From positions 96,001 to 160,000 of the IMG/VR virus record IMGVR_UViG_3300010885_057925: a DNA stretch of 64,000 nt; one strand, 5' to 3'. Below are positions 40,029-49,685 of the stretch, piece after piece. Under the pieces are notes generated by a model. That model saw only the letters and a program-made list of their open reading frames with translations, did no database searches and was not told the origin of the DNA. The position numbers and the translations under genes are program-made. Origin of the DNA: a virus. How positions within the stretch are numbered: position 1 is the stretch's first letter; every line of letters starts with the position of its first letter.

Positions 40029-40283
40029 TCAATTCTCAACAACTTCTTTCTTAATCCAATAAAGGCTGACGCCAGAATCAACCGGAGACCCGAGCACTTT
40101 AGAATTCTCTATGAGAACCGCCTGTAATGACTCTACTTTTCCACCGCCAAGATACGGAATAGGATCTAGCTCCGTCCCTTTAGCGACCATGTATCCAGTA
40201 GCGTCGAAGTCAGGATATAAAAATCCTTTTGCTCCAATCACAGATGGTTTCACGAGCGTAGAAATTCTAGACTTGGATTTCAA
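40029..40283 (-). CDS. Hypothetical protein
   Basis: 84 aa. The TTG start overlaps the TGA ending the extended PrkA frame. Confidence 0.5.
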   Translation of the reverse strand: MKSKSRISTLVKPSVIGAKGFLYPDFDATGYMVAKGTELDPIPYLGGGKVESLQAVLIENSKVLGSPVDSGVSLYWIKKEVVEN

Positions 40284-40342
40284 GAGTCTCTCCAGAGATT
40301 ATTAGAGGCAAACGTGATGATTTCCTCTGATGAATCTGGGGT

Positions 40343-42205
40343 TTAACCGTATTCTTTGACCATTGTTTCGACCATGTCTGAGTACTTCTTCTGCTGCTCA
40401 TTGTCACGGCTCTTAGATTTAGTGACAATACGCGCCATGTCCTTGACTGAAGCGATGAGATAACCCTCAATAGCTTCCTTGAGTGGCTCGTAAGACTTGT
40501 AGTCAACTTTCTGGCCGCGACGCATCTTGGCAAACATGAAAGCTGTCACATCAGCCCTGAAACCGTCACGCGCAGAGCCTGTGATTCCGATCTGCTCTTC
40601 GATAGACTGCAGGAACCTCTCGTCTGGGGCGCGATCTTCTGAGGTAACACGATCCTTCAACTTCTGCTTTGTCGTGTAAGCCTCAGCGTTGTCCATGTAG
40701 TTATCGAACAGTGACTGCGCTTGCTCTGAGTACGCCGTGACGAATGCCTTGGCAATCTCACCTTCGAGGATCTTGAGGTACTCCTCACGGATTGTCTTCT
40801 GGAGGATCTCGAGGTAGACTTTCTTCTTGTCTTCGTCAACAATCTGCTCTTTCACTTGCTTGATAAGAGCTTCAACAACTCGCATGGGCGTGATGAAGCT
40901 CTTATCAGAATCGGTTAGAGCTGAGTCGATCGCCTTGGTAATGAAACGAGTCGAGATGCCGTCCATCCCCTCATGACGTGCTTCCTCACGAAGGTCCTTA
41001 ATGTCAACTTTCTTAGTACGACCCTTCTCAACAACTTCTTGACCGTCGTAGATCTTCATCTTGGTAAGAAGGTCACACTTTTGAGACTGACGAAGGCGGC
41101 TCATGACAGAGAACATTGCTGCAACCTTGATGGTGTGGGGAGCAATGTGGGCCCTGAAGTCAGAGCGACGAAGCATCTTGTCATAGATCTTCATCTCCTG
41201 GGTGAGCTCAAGGACGTAAGGGACCTCAATCTTCACAACACGGTCAAGGATAGCCTCGTTGGTGTGCTCTGACTTGAAACGATTCCACTCGGACTCATTG
41301 CAGTGCGAGATGATAACACCATCGAAGTAGAGCATTGAGTTCTTGCCAGGCGTCGGGACCTGCTTCTCCTGTGTCGCTGTGAGGATCGTGTGTAGGAACT
41401 CGATCTCGTTCTTAAAGATCTCAACAAATTCCACCACGCCACGATTACCGACGTTAAAGGCACCGTTGAGATTGAGGACACGAGGGTCATCCTCGGAGAA
41501 CTTGTCGAGCTTCGAGATATCTTCAGAGCCAACGAGGGCGGAGACATCCTGAGAGTTTGCGTCCATCGGAGGAACAACGGCGATACCACGCCGGGCACGC
41601 TGAGAGAAGGAGGAGCGAACAACCGGGAATTTCTCATATTCACCGTTGAAGTCATTCATCAGCCTGAATCGACAGACTGGGCAAAGATCGCCCTCGATAT
41701 GAACCCCTAGAACTTCCTCAAACTGACCACGCAGAGACCTCGGCAGGAGGTGCAAAGGCTCCTCCCTGACCGGACACCCATCTAAATGATAGATGGGCTC
41801 TGCGGCCTTCTCAAGTGCCTTCTTGACACCGTCTGCGAGAGCACTCTTTCCAGATCCGACTGGTCCCATGAGAAGGAGAACCTGACGGCTCTCCTCTCCC
41901 TTCAAAGACGCAGACTTCAGGAATCGCATGAGCTTAGCGATAACTCTTTCGTGACCGTAGAAGTCATCTTTAAAGTAGTTGTAGGTACGAAGCTTATCAC
42001 TGTCGAAAAGCTTTCTGCAACGCGGGTCGTTGTCTTCGAGTGATTCAACACCGTATGATTCGATAGCGTCGACAAGACGACGAGCTGCAAGCTTGGTGAC
42101 CGCCGGGTTTGTCTCAACCAACTTCAGGTAATCGATAAACGTACCAGTCCAAGATTCTTTTGCCGACTCTTTACGCTGGTTCTTGATAATCTTAAGGAAA
42201 TCCAT
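40343..42205 (-). CDS. prkA: PrkA/YeaG family AAA+ ATPase / serine kinase (in-frame TAA 21 codons before the probable natural end at 40280)
   Basis: LMGPVGSGKS, CPVREEPL, GDLCPVC, DDPR, NRGVVEFVEIFK and GMDGISTRF. Confidence 0.95.
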   Translation of the reverse strand: MDFLKIIKNQRKESAKESWTGTFIDYLKLVETNPAVTKLAARRLVDAIESYGVESLEDNDPRCRKLFDSDKLRTYNYFKDDFYGHERVIAKLMRFLKSASLKGEESRQVLLLMGPVGSGKSALADGVKKALEKAAEPIYHLDGCPVREEPLHLLPRSLRGQFEEVLGVHIEGDLCPVCRFRLMNDFNGEYEKFPVVRSSFSQRARRGIAVVPPMDANSQDVSALVGSEDISKLDKFSEDDPRVLNLNGAFNVGNRGVVEFVEIFKNEIEFLHTILTATQEKQVPTPGKNSMLYFDGVIISHCNESEWNRFKSEHTNEAILDRVVKIEVPYVLELTQEMKIYDKMLRRSDFRAHIAPHTIKVAAMFSVMSRLRQSQKCDLLTKMKIYDGQEVVEKGRTKKVDIKDLREEARHEGMDGISTRFITKAIDSALTDSDKSFITPMRVVEALIKQVKEQIVDEDKKKVYLEILQKTIREEYLKILEGEIAKAFVTAYSEQAQSLFDNYMDNAEAYTTKQKLKDRVTSEDRAPDERFLQSIEEQIGITGSARDGFRADVTAFMFAKMRRGQKVDYKSYEPLKEAIEGYLIASVKDMARIVTKSKSRDNEQQKKYSDMVETMVKEYG

Positions 42206-42226
42206 CAGAAACTCTCCTGTATTAAA

Positions 42227-43540
42227 TTATGAGACTTCAAAGGGTTCGTCTTCGAGAATTGTGAACAATTGCACAGGACCCTTCCACAGTTCTTTTATTT
42301 TCTTGACGCAATTGTCAGCGTAATCAAGTTCAAGGTCACGTCCATCATGCTCATGACGTAGAATGAGCGTGTCTTTTTTGACTTCATCAACGTAGATCAC
42401 GGGTATTGAATTACCTCCGACACCGTTAATCAGAGTTCTCTTTACATTATCCCAACCGTCTTCGTCAGATATATCTCTGATTGTCCAGTCAGGATTTTTT
42501 CCTTTTTCGGGAGCGTATGTGAAAAGATTAAGCTCTTCGCCAAGCTCACGATCAAGATACTGCCATAGGAAATTTTCATCAGAGCATGCTTCTCTTGCGA
42601 TAAAGCACTCATCAATTCCCTTCTCTCTCTCTATCTTCTTGAAGACCTCAAACCCAAGGTGGTACGGGTTGATGCGACCGGGCCATGGTCTAAGAACAAG
42701 GTTGTGACTCTTAAGGAAGGGAATATGCATCGAGTCTGGAAGCTGGAGGTCATGAACTATCCTGTAGTGCCAGAATGATGCCCACCCCTCGTTCATCACT
42801 TTCGTCTTGATTTGAGGCCAGAAGTACTTCGCTTCATCTCTAATGACAGAGATGATATCGCGCTCCCAAGGCTCTAGATCTCTACAATTCTCAGCTATGA
42901 AGCCCAGAACATCGTATTCTATCTGCAAAGGTCTCTTGTCAGGATTCAGATTCGCGTACTTTTTAGGATCTTTCTTCTTGAGATCTAGAATTTCATTTCT
43001 AATTTCAAAGTCATCACGCTTGAATCTAGGCTTTCTATCAACCTGATACTGAAGAACGTGACAAGCGTCTATGACTCTTTCAACGTTTTCTACTCCGATA
43101 GAAGGGTCTTCAACGTATGACTGGAATCGCTTCTTGGCGTTTCTCAATCTCTGTATGATGTGATCGGGGTCAGTGTCTTTGAAAGTTATATTGTTCTTAA
43201 AGAAATCGCTGTGTCCAACACAGTGAGCCATGATGAGAACCTGCAGGTACAGCTGATTCTCCTGCATTAGATAAGCAATCGATGGGTTTGAGTTGATGAT
43301 CAGCTCGTACGGGAGCCCCTCAGCTCCAGCGTTATACATGAAATGAGTTCTCTCGAACGTCTTTCCGTACGACCAGTGACCGTAATGGCTCGGCATGCCG
43401 TGATAAGACATGTGTCCGATCATCTCTCGATAATCGCATGTCTCATACGAGATTGGGTACCAATCGAGACCGTGACCGCGAGCGATCTCGCAGATCTTTT
43501 CGTCCCACTGCTCTAGATCTTTGACGCTCCAATCGCTCAT
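42227..43540 (-). CDS. spoVR: SpoVR/YcgB family protein
   Basis: GMPSHYGHWSYGK, YELIINSNP, AHCVGHSDFFKNN, TKVMNEGWASFWH and NPYHLG. Confidence 0.95.
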   Translation of the reverse strand: MSDWSVKDLEQWDEKICEIARGHGLDWYPISYETCDYREMIGHMSYHGMPSHYGHWSYGKTFERTHFMYNAGAEGLPYELIINSNPSIAYLMQENQLYLQVLIMAHCVGHSDFFKNNITFKDTDPDHIIQRLRNAKKRFQSYVEDPSIGVENVERVIDACHVLQYQVDRKPRFKRDDFEIRNEILDLKKKDPKKYANLNPDKRPLQIEYDVLGFIAENCRDLEPWERDIISVIRDEAKYFWPQIKTKVMNEGWASFWHYRIVHDLQLPDSMHIPFLKSHNLVLRPWPGRINPYHLGFEVFKKIEREKGIDECFIAREACSDENFLWQYLDRELGEELNLFTYAPEKGKNPDWTIRDISDEDGWDNVKRTLINGVGGNSIPVIYVDEVKKDTLILRHEHDGRDLELDYADNCVKKIKELWKGPVQLFTILEDEPFEVS

Positions 43541-44724
43541 GTCTTACCTCCAAATAGCCTGTTGAATGTTGGCCAGATGTCCTGCGCCGACTTGAGCATA
43601 GCGACTCTGAATTTCTTTCCATCATCAATTTTAGAAACTGAGTTCCAAAATGACATAGAGCGATCAGCTTCCCACGCCATACGCTCAGAATCAGGACAAA
43701 CTTCGCAGTAGCATGTCATTTGAGAAATATCAGATAGCTCTCTGAACGCGTCGATCGCAGCGCTGTTGTCCTCCGACCAGTTGTCTCCGTCTGTGCAATG
43801 GAACGCGTAGATATTCCACGACGAAGGGTGGAAGCGCTTGTTGATGATTTCAAGAGCTAACTTCGGAGCTGAAGAAATATGAGTTCCGCCAGAAGCTCCG
43901 CGCTTGAAGAATGAATCCTCGTCAGTTTCAAAAGCTTCCGTTGTATGACCGATGAAGATTATTTGAATCGATTCGTACTTGTGACGAAGGAACTGGTACA
44001 AAAGGAAAAAGAAAGATCTAGCGATGAACTTGATGTTAGTCGTCATCGATCCCGAGACGTCCATCATGAAGAATATGACGGCGCTCGTTGCCTCTTTCGG
44101 CTTTTCTTTGATGTGATGAAAAGAAAGATCATCATCGTGAAATGGAAATACTTCCTCTCCCGTAATCGGATCAATCTCAATATCACCCGATCTCTTCGCT
44201 GCTGCCTTACGCTTTAGACGATTGATCGTCGATTCACGTTTGTCTAAGCGTGGCATGATTCCATGAGGACGATTACCATGTCTCTTTGTTTTGAACTCTT
44301 TGATCTCACGAAGCTTCTTTTTCTCAAGCTCCGGAAGACCCAAAGAGTCGAACAAGTATGACGCTAGCTCGTCAAGGCTAATCTCAACTTCGTAGAATTC
44401 TTCGCCCTTGTCTTTTCCGGCTTTATTTCCCTGACCCTGCTCTTGTTTTTGTCCTTTTTTCACGACCTGGCCATTCTGAATGTCAGTTCCAGGCGCTGAT
44501 CCCGCCTGTTTGTTATCAGCGTTAGGCCCATAGACAAACTGCCATTCTTTGATTCCGCGGACCGGAATCTTTACTTTCTTCTTTCCGTCCTGCCCGATGA
44601 TTGACTCTTCCGCGACAATGTTATGTACACCCTCACGAATTGCCTTTTCAATCTTCTGCTTATGACGAGAACGGTCAGACGCCGAACGATCTGCTGAAGC
44701 TTCGTGTTGTTTGAAAGTAGACAT
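43537..44724 (-). CDS. yeaH: YeaH/YhbH (DUF444) vWA-domain protein
   Basis: MMDVSGSM, SGGTHISSA and WNIYAFHCTDGDNW. Confidence 0.93.
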   Translation of the reverse strand: MSTFKQHEASADRSASDRSRHKQKIEKAIREGVHNIVAEESIIGQDGKKKVKIPVRGIKEWQFVYGPNADNKQAGSAPGTDIQNGQVVKKGQKQEQGQGNKAGKDKGEEFYEVEISLDELASYLFDSLGLPELEKKKLREIKEFKTKRHGNRPHGIMPRLDKRESTINRLKRKAAAKRSGDIEIDPITGEEVFPFHDDDLSFHHIKEKPKEATSAVIFFMMDVSGSMTTNIKFIARSFFFLLYQFLRHKYESIQIIFIGHTTEAFETDEDSFFKRGASGGTHISSAPKLALEIINKRFHPSSWNIYAFHCTDGDNWSEDNSAAIDAFRELSDISQMTCYCEVCPDSERMAWEADRSMSFWNSVSKIDDGKKFRVAMLKSAQDIWPTFNRLFGGKT

Positions 44725-44730
44725 CTGTTA

Positions 44731-45156
44731 CTAACTAGCACCTTCGACGCGGTCTTGCGCCCACTGAATAGCAGGTACGAGATACGGATAACAGCGTTGT
44801 TTCATGACGTCCCAAGTGAGCCAGTGAAAACCATCGTGTTCATATCGATTTGTTTCTGGATTGGGAAGTATAACAGGATCCTGGTCGGTAGAAGCCAGAA
44901 AGACTATCACATCTTTATGAGATCTTTCGAGAATCTTCGGAGCCTGGCCCCATTTCATGTCAGACGTAGCCACAGAGATTCCAGCTTCCTCTTTGCATTC
45001 TCTGAAAGCTCCGTCCAGGTCACTCTCACCAGGTTCAACATGACCCTTCGGTATGTCTATTTTCCCGTAGACTCTAAGCCCAAGAACTCTCCAACCATCC
45101 GCTTCTTTACGAACTATGATAAACCCGGCCGATCTTTCTTTCTTTTTCTTAGACAT
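44731..45156 (-). CDS. NUDIX hydrolase (Ap4A hydrolase-like)
   Basis: PKGHVEPGESDLDGAFRECKEEAG Nudix box. Confidence 0.9.
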   Translation of the reverse strand: MSKKKKERSAGFIIVRKEADGWRVLGLRVYGKIDIPKGHVEPGESDLDGAFRECKEEAGISVATSDMKWGQAPKILERSHKDVIVFLASTDQDPVILPNPETNRYEHDGFHWLTWDVMKQRCYPYLVPAIQWAQDRVEGAS

Positions 45157-45190
45157 ACGACTACTCTCTTTCTGTAATCGTAACTAAAAA

Positions 45191-45529
45191 TCAGCGGGAG
45201 TAATCGTCGGAAATTCTCACAACATCATCTAATTCTGGGGTTGAGACCTCGACGAGAATCACGTCATTTCCAGCGGCAGAGAACCTGTGAATGGTCTTGG
45301 GGGTGACATGATATACCTCTCCTGGGTCGAGATACATTTCAACTAAATCAGTCCCTGTTCCAAGCTCAAGAAGCAATCTACCGCTAAGAACTCTGATTGT
45401 CTCTTCTTTAATTTCGTGGTACTGCCTCGAAAGCCTGTGACCTTCAGTAATATACAGGTACTTACCCACGTATTTCGGGGTCTCTGCCCAGATCTCTTCT
45501 TTGCCCCAAGGCTTTTGAACTGTTCTCAT
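45191..45529 (-). CDS. Cupin (mannose-6-phosphate isomerase C-terminal-like)
   Basis: KPWG, LSRQYH..KEET, HRF and EVST..DDVVRISDDY. Confidence 0.8.
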   Translation of the reverse strand: MRTVQKPWGKEEIWAETPKYVGKYLYITEGHRLSRQYHEIKEETIRVLSGRLLLELGTGTDLVEMYLDPGEVYHVTPKTIHRFSAAGNDVILVEVSTPELDDVVRISDDYSR

Positions 45530-45551
45530 GTTCAAATTTTAAACTTCTGGG

Positions 45552-46034
45552 TCAACGATAAATCTCGTCTCTACCTTTTTTAGAAGCGTACAGGCTCAAC
45601 ATTGATCCGCCGAAAATGTTTGCGTCAAATTCGATCGGATTGAGATGATGCGGGGGCATTTTTCTTGGAATTAAGTCAACTTCGTGTTGCTTTAGATGAA
45701 AAGCTTCATGAGCAATTGATCTAAGAATGTCGGCCAGAGATCTTGAGGCGCAGTATATCCTGATATTTTTCTGAGGATACGAGCAAATCGCTGTCGTCAT
45801 GATTTTGGATTTTTTACGATCCAAAGCAAGATAACAGCGATATGTTTCATTTAGCTGCAAGACTTTCGCGCACTGGTCTAGAAAGTCTTTGACTATTTTA
45901 ATATCTCTCCGATTCATTTCACAGTCTCTGCTGATCATGAGCTTAAAAGAGCTTGAATCTAACTCTGACATTTCTTCATTGTCAAAGAGAGTCAGATTTT
46001 TCAAAACGTCATTAAGCAGCTCGGAGGATTTCAT
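45552..46034 (-). CDS. Putative zincin-like metallopeptidase
   Basis: LRSIAHEAFHLKQ...EFDAN (HExxH plus distal E). Confidence 0.55.
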   Translation of the reverse strand: MKSSELLNDVLKNLTLFDNEEMSELDSSSFKLMISRDCEMNRRDIKIVKDFLDQCAKVLQLNETYRCYLALDRKKSKIMTTAICSYPQKNIRIYCASRSLADILRSIAHEAFHLKQHEVDLIPRKMPPHHLNPIEFDANIFGGSMLSLYASKKGRDEIYR

Positions 46035-46037
46035 CTT

Positions 46038-46523
46038 TCACTTCTTTATTGCTTTAACTAGGTCGGACGAAGACTGAATCTTTCCTCCTCCAACACCAAA
46101 AATCACCTGAGTTCCCATAGATTCGCAAAGATCAAATTCGGGAACATTGCCGGCAGCATCTCGATCGCCGCCCTTCGTAAACGCGAACGGCTTTAGAATT
46201 TTTAACGCTTCTGTCACAGTCTGGCTTCCATCATCCCAAGGAACTACGTAATCGACCCCACGGACGCCAGCTATGATCTCCATTCTCTCAATTTCAGGCA
46301 TGAAAGCGTATCCCTTCTTGCGAAGCAAAAACCCGTCACCGTTCACAATCACGGCGAGACGGGTCTTTCCTCCGACTTTCTGGGTAAGATCGGCAGATTC
46401 AATTAAGCAACGAAGGTGTCCAACGTGCATCGGGTCAAAACCACCAGATGTGACAATCAAACGCTCGTTGTAGATGTCTGCATGAGCTCTAAGATCTTCA
46501 ACTGATTCAAAAATTTCTGCCAT
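46038..46523 (-). CDS. Cytidylyltransferase-family (HxGH) nucleotidyltransferase
   Basis: SGGFDPMHVGH, KGGDR and KIQSSS. Confidence 0.85.
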   Translation of the reverse strand: MAEIFESVEDLRAHADIYNERLIVTSGGFDPMHVGHLRCLIESADLTQKVGGKTRLAVIVNGDGFLLRKKGYAFMPEIERMEIIAGVRGVDYVVPWDDGSQTVTEALKILKPFAFTKGGDRDAAGNVPEFDLCESMGTQVIFGVGGGKIQSSSDLVKAIKK

Positions 46524-46531
46524 TTTAACTC

Positions 46532-48169
46532 CTACGTCTTGTGAATCGAATCGCGGAACGACTCTGGGAACATGTCCCGCTGCTGTCCGTAAAATCTATC
46601 CCAGTCGGAGTCCAAGATATAGGAAACGGCATGATCGTCTGCAGAGCGAATAGAGCGCCCGAGTGACTGGATGATGGTCTTTGCCGTCTGAAGTGGGTAC
46701 CACCAGCTCCACTTACGCATCCGCTTTTGAACCAGCTTGTCACCGAGATAAGGATACGGAACCTTACAGATGATCTGGAATCGGCTGAGGTTGCCCTTGA
46801 GGTCAACTCCCTCTGTCATTGACGGAGTCACTAGAACAGTGGGCTCTTTGCTGCTGATGTGCTGATTGAGAACGTCCTCGCGATCCTCAGATTTATGAGT
46901 GAGAAGTCTCTTGCTTCTGATGTTCTTCATAATGTAACTCGAGACCTTGTACGAGTGACAGTGAATGATCCCCTTCTCGTTTGGGTGCGCCGCGAGAATT
47001 TGACGAACAGCTTCCGCAAGCTTAGGAAGAGTGTTGTCAATTTCGGCGGCGCTCATCTTACCGATGGAGCTCACAAGAACTGGTCTATTTTCAACAGGGA
47101 ACGGAGAGGGCAAACTGATGAATGCTGCATCACCAAGCGGGATTCCGAGGCTCTCACAAAACGCTCTCTGGTTGAGAATAGTCGCCGAGAGCATCAAAAC
47201 TTTTTGACCAAACCTGAAAAGAGATTGTTCAGAATAAGGAGAGATGTCGATCGGCTTGAACTCGATCCTTCGAGTCTTCTTGTCCTCAGCCTCTGCGACG
47301 TTTAGCACCCAATTGTCTTCATCGAAAAGATCGATGAATCGATTTACCTTGCACATGTGCTTGTCAAGCATTTCAATCTGACGAGAGAGAGCATCAAACT
47401 CTTTCACTTTTTCGCGTAGACCGGCATGCTGCTCGAACATCGACTCAATATGTTTCAAGTGAGACGTGAGCTTCACAACGTAGACGTTCTTGATCCAGTC
47501 AAATGCTGCTCTCTCGCTGTTGAGAGTTTTGGGCATCTGAAGGTTAAGAACAGTCTGCGCAAACTTTTCAGAAACTGATACTTCGATGAACTTGCTGAGT
47601 TCAGAGTCAGAGTTGTGAGCTTCATCGATGACAAGAACATCTCGAGGTAGGAGCTTACCGGCGTATGTCGTTTCAGCCATGAAGTAGGAGAAGTTAGTAA
47701 TGGATTCCGGAGACTCCATGAACTTTCCCTTTGCTTCCTTGTAGTTGCAGCTGAAAGAGCACGTGCGGAAGAATTTGGAAGTCTTATCCTGCTCCAGCTT
47801 CAATAGTCGTTGAGATTCACCGCAAGATTGCTTCTTGTGATACTTACACTGGTAATTTGAGCTCGACTTGATCGACGTCATCGGACCCTTACACCCGCCG
47901 AAGTCGTCAAGGTACTGCTCCTGCAGAATCTTCTGCGTTGTGAGAAAATAAGAGCCTCGCTTGTAATCTTCGGTAGGGCTAAGCCAGCTCGATAGAGCTC
48001 GTGAAATGCAAACTCCGATTGCCGACTTTCCAACTCCAGTTCCAGCCTCGATGATAACAAATCTCTTTCCACTCTCAAACTCATTGAGAGCAAACTCGAT
48101 CGCTTCGCGTTGTTGATCTCGAATTTGACCGAACGGAAAATGACTTTCGTACTTGATCATTGGGCTCAC
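46532..48169 (-). CDS. DinG/Rad3/XPD-like SF2 helicase
   Basis: EAGTGVGKS, IDEAH, LSAT, EGVDL, KVPYP and QSLGRSIRS. Confidence 0.9.
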   Translation of the reverse strand: MSPMIKYESHFPFGQIRDQQREAIEFALNEFESGKRFVIIEAGTGVGKSAIGVCISRALSSWLSPTEDYKRGSYFLTTQKILQEQYLDDFGGCKGPMTSIKSSSNYQCKYHKKQSCGESQRLLKLEQDKTSKFFRTCSFSCNYKEAKGKFMESPESITNFSYFMAETTYAGKLLPRDVLVIDEAHNSDSELSKFIEVSVSEKFAQTVLNLQMPKTLNSERAAFDWIKNVYVVKLTSHLKHIESMFEQHAGLREKVKEFDALSRQIEMLDKHMCKVNRFIDLFDEDNWVLNVAEAEDKKTRRIEFKPIDISPYSEQSLFRFGQKVLMLSATILNQRAFCESLGIPLGDAAFISLPSPFPVENRPVLVSSIGKMSAAEIDNTLPKLAEAVRQILAAHPNEKGIIHCHSYKVSSYIMKNIRSKRLLTHKSEDREDVLNQHISSKEPTVLVTPSMTEGVDLKGNLSRFQIICKVPYPYLGDKLVQKRMRKWSWWYPLQTAKTIIQSLGRSIRSADDHAVSYILDSDWDRFYGQQRDMFPESFRDSIHKT

Positions 48170-48274
48170 TTTTAGTTTGAAGTTTGAGTTAAACTACCTT
48201 CTACATTTTAAGCTTCACGCTCAAGAAGAATAGATATAAATGGAATAATAATAACATAGAGAATGGAGGGCGCG

Positions 48275-48949
48275 ATGAAGATACTAGCTGTATTACTGAT
48301 GATGGTCGGATGCAATGAAGCGAGGCTCATCCCAAATCAGCAAAGCTTTGTCTACATACGAACTCAGTCGATTGAGGATGAAAAAGACTGCGAAGGTGAG
48401 GATTGCTCTCTTAAGATCATAACGAGCAGCGGATCCGGATCAGTGATTCGTCATCACAATCATAACACCTACGTCCTCACTGCTGGTCATGTATGTGAGA
48501 CCCCAGACCCGAGCGTAACGATCGCAATAGCCGTCGATAGCGCTGGAAACGCTCACGACATCGAAAGGTCAAGATACTCTAAAGATCCGGACCTGTGCAT
48601 CATGAAGTCTCTCGGTCTGTGGGGGATTCCATTGAAATTTTCAAACTCTTCAACGGGACTAAAGTACGGAGACAAAGTCGTCTCTATGTCAGCACCGAAC
48701 GGGATATTCTCAAAGAATATGGTCCCGTTATTCAGCGGAATGTACTCTGGTAACCTGCAAAATGGAGATAACGTGTACACACTCCCAGCGATGGCTGGAG
48801 CCAGCGGGTCGGCTGTACTGAATGATAAGCTTGAGATCATTTCGGTGATTCATTCTGCAGCGAAGGGATTTCAGCACATCGCTATCGGAACAAGCCCCCA
48901 ACGCCTCGATCAATTTATGAATAGCACAAGAGATTTCATCGAAGAATAG
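48275..48949 (+). CDS. Trypsin-like serine protease, lipoprotein
   Basis: Lipobox MVGC, with LTAGHVC, DLC and GASGSAV forming the catalytic triad. GGAGG SD before ATG 48275. Confidence 0.82.
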   Translation: MKILAVLLMMVGCNEARLIPNQQSFVYIRTQSIEDEKDCEGEDCSLKIITSSGSGSVIRHHNHNTYVLTAGHVCETPDPSVTIAIAVDSAGNAHDIERSRYSKDPDLCIMKSLGLWGIPLKFSNSSTGLKYGDKVVSMSAPNGIFSKNMVPLFSGMYSGNLQNGDNVYTLPAMAGASGSAVLNDKLEIISVIHSAAKGFQHIAIGTSPQRLDQFMNSTRDFIEE

Positions 48950-48955
48950 ATTCGA

Positions 48956-49243
48956 TTACTGTTGAGACTCGTCGTTCGCTAAAAGAGAACGATACGCTCT
49001 TTCAGCACGATCTCTAGCCCAGAAAGATGCATCACTCTCTGTCTTGAAACGTCTGCTAGGAGTGCTGAGGTCATCTCTGTCTTTCACTGTTACACTCGCG
49101 AAATAACAATCATTGACCGGGTCGGCAGTGACAACAACATGAACTCCCGGAAAGTCGCGCCAGTTCATGGTGTCAGGTCTGGGAGATTTTAGATCTCTAC
49201 CGATCTCTTCTCTAATTAGATTTCTCAGCAACGAGATCGTCAT
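48956..49243 (-). CDS. Hypothetical protein with N-terminal LLRNLIREEI motif
   Basis: 95 aa ORF. Confidence 0.6.
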   Translation of the reverse strand: MTISLLRNLIREEIGRDLKSPRPDTMNWRDFPGVHVVVTADPVNDCYFASVTVKDRDDLSTPSRRFKTESDASFWARDRAERAYRSLLANDESQQ

Positions 49244-49401
49244 AGCGATCTCTCAATCTCTTTGATATCTTTTATGCTGGACAGTATAATCCGCGCCGCT
49301 TCCGGATCGGTCTTGGCGAGCTTCCTGACTATCAATTCTAGATCTTTTATTGCTCTTCTAGAGAGATATCTCGATCGTGCTGACTGGTTCTCGGATTGCA
49401 A
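49240..49401 (-). CDS. Small hypothetical protein (53 aa, not in ORF track)
   Basis: TTG after GGGAG, reading MQSENQSARSRYLSRRAIKDLELIVRKLAKTDPEAARIILSSIKDIKEIERSL. Its stop forms an ATGA overlap with the next gene. Confidence 0.5.
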   Translation of the reverse strand: MQSENQSARSRYLSRRAIKDLELIVRKLAKTDPEAARIILSSIKDIKEIERSL

Positions 49402-49618
49402 TCAAATCTCCAGATTGATTTCTTCTTATAACTATCAAGCTCTCATGAGTCATCGGGCACTTTTCGAATTGAAGATCGAGCTCACCATCTAACGGAACTT
49501 TGTAGATGAAATCTTCATTTTCGTAGTTTAGAACTGGATCGTAAAAATCCACGTCAGACGTGAGCAGAAGAGTCGTGAAGAGAGCGATAAACATAACTAA
49601 AAATCTCCGTGAACGCAA
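49358..49618 (-). CDS. Hypothetical protein with N-terminal signal/TM segment
   Basis: Hydrophobic N-terminus, ATATTTA motif just upstream. Confidence 0.5.
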   Translation of the reverse strand: MRSRRFLVMFIALFTTLLLTSDVDFYDPVLNYENEDFIYKVPLDGELDLQFEKCPMTHESLIVIRRNQSGDLIAIREPVSTIEISL

Positions 49619-49624
49619 ATAAAT

Positions 49625-49659
49625 ATCGCAGCTTAGAGTCTAAATCTCTAAGCTGCGAT
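49625..49659. terminator. 14-bp hairpin, probable terminator
   Basis: ATCGCAGCTTAGAG-tctaaat-CTCTAAGCTGCGAT. Confidence 0.65.
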
Positions 49660-49685
49660 TAAATTTACATGCTACGTGTCATCTC

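Noticed and set aside
40267-40533. 88 aa ORF overlapping the PrkA 3' end, suggesting a frameshift
   Set aside because: The PrkA-like continuation is in the same frame after the TAA. This alternative frame has no recognisable similarity.
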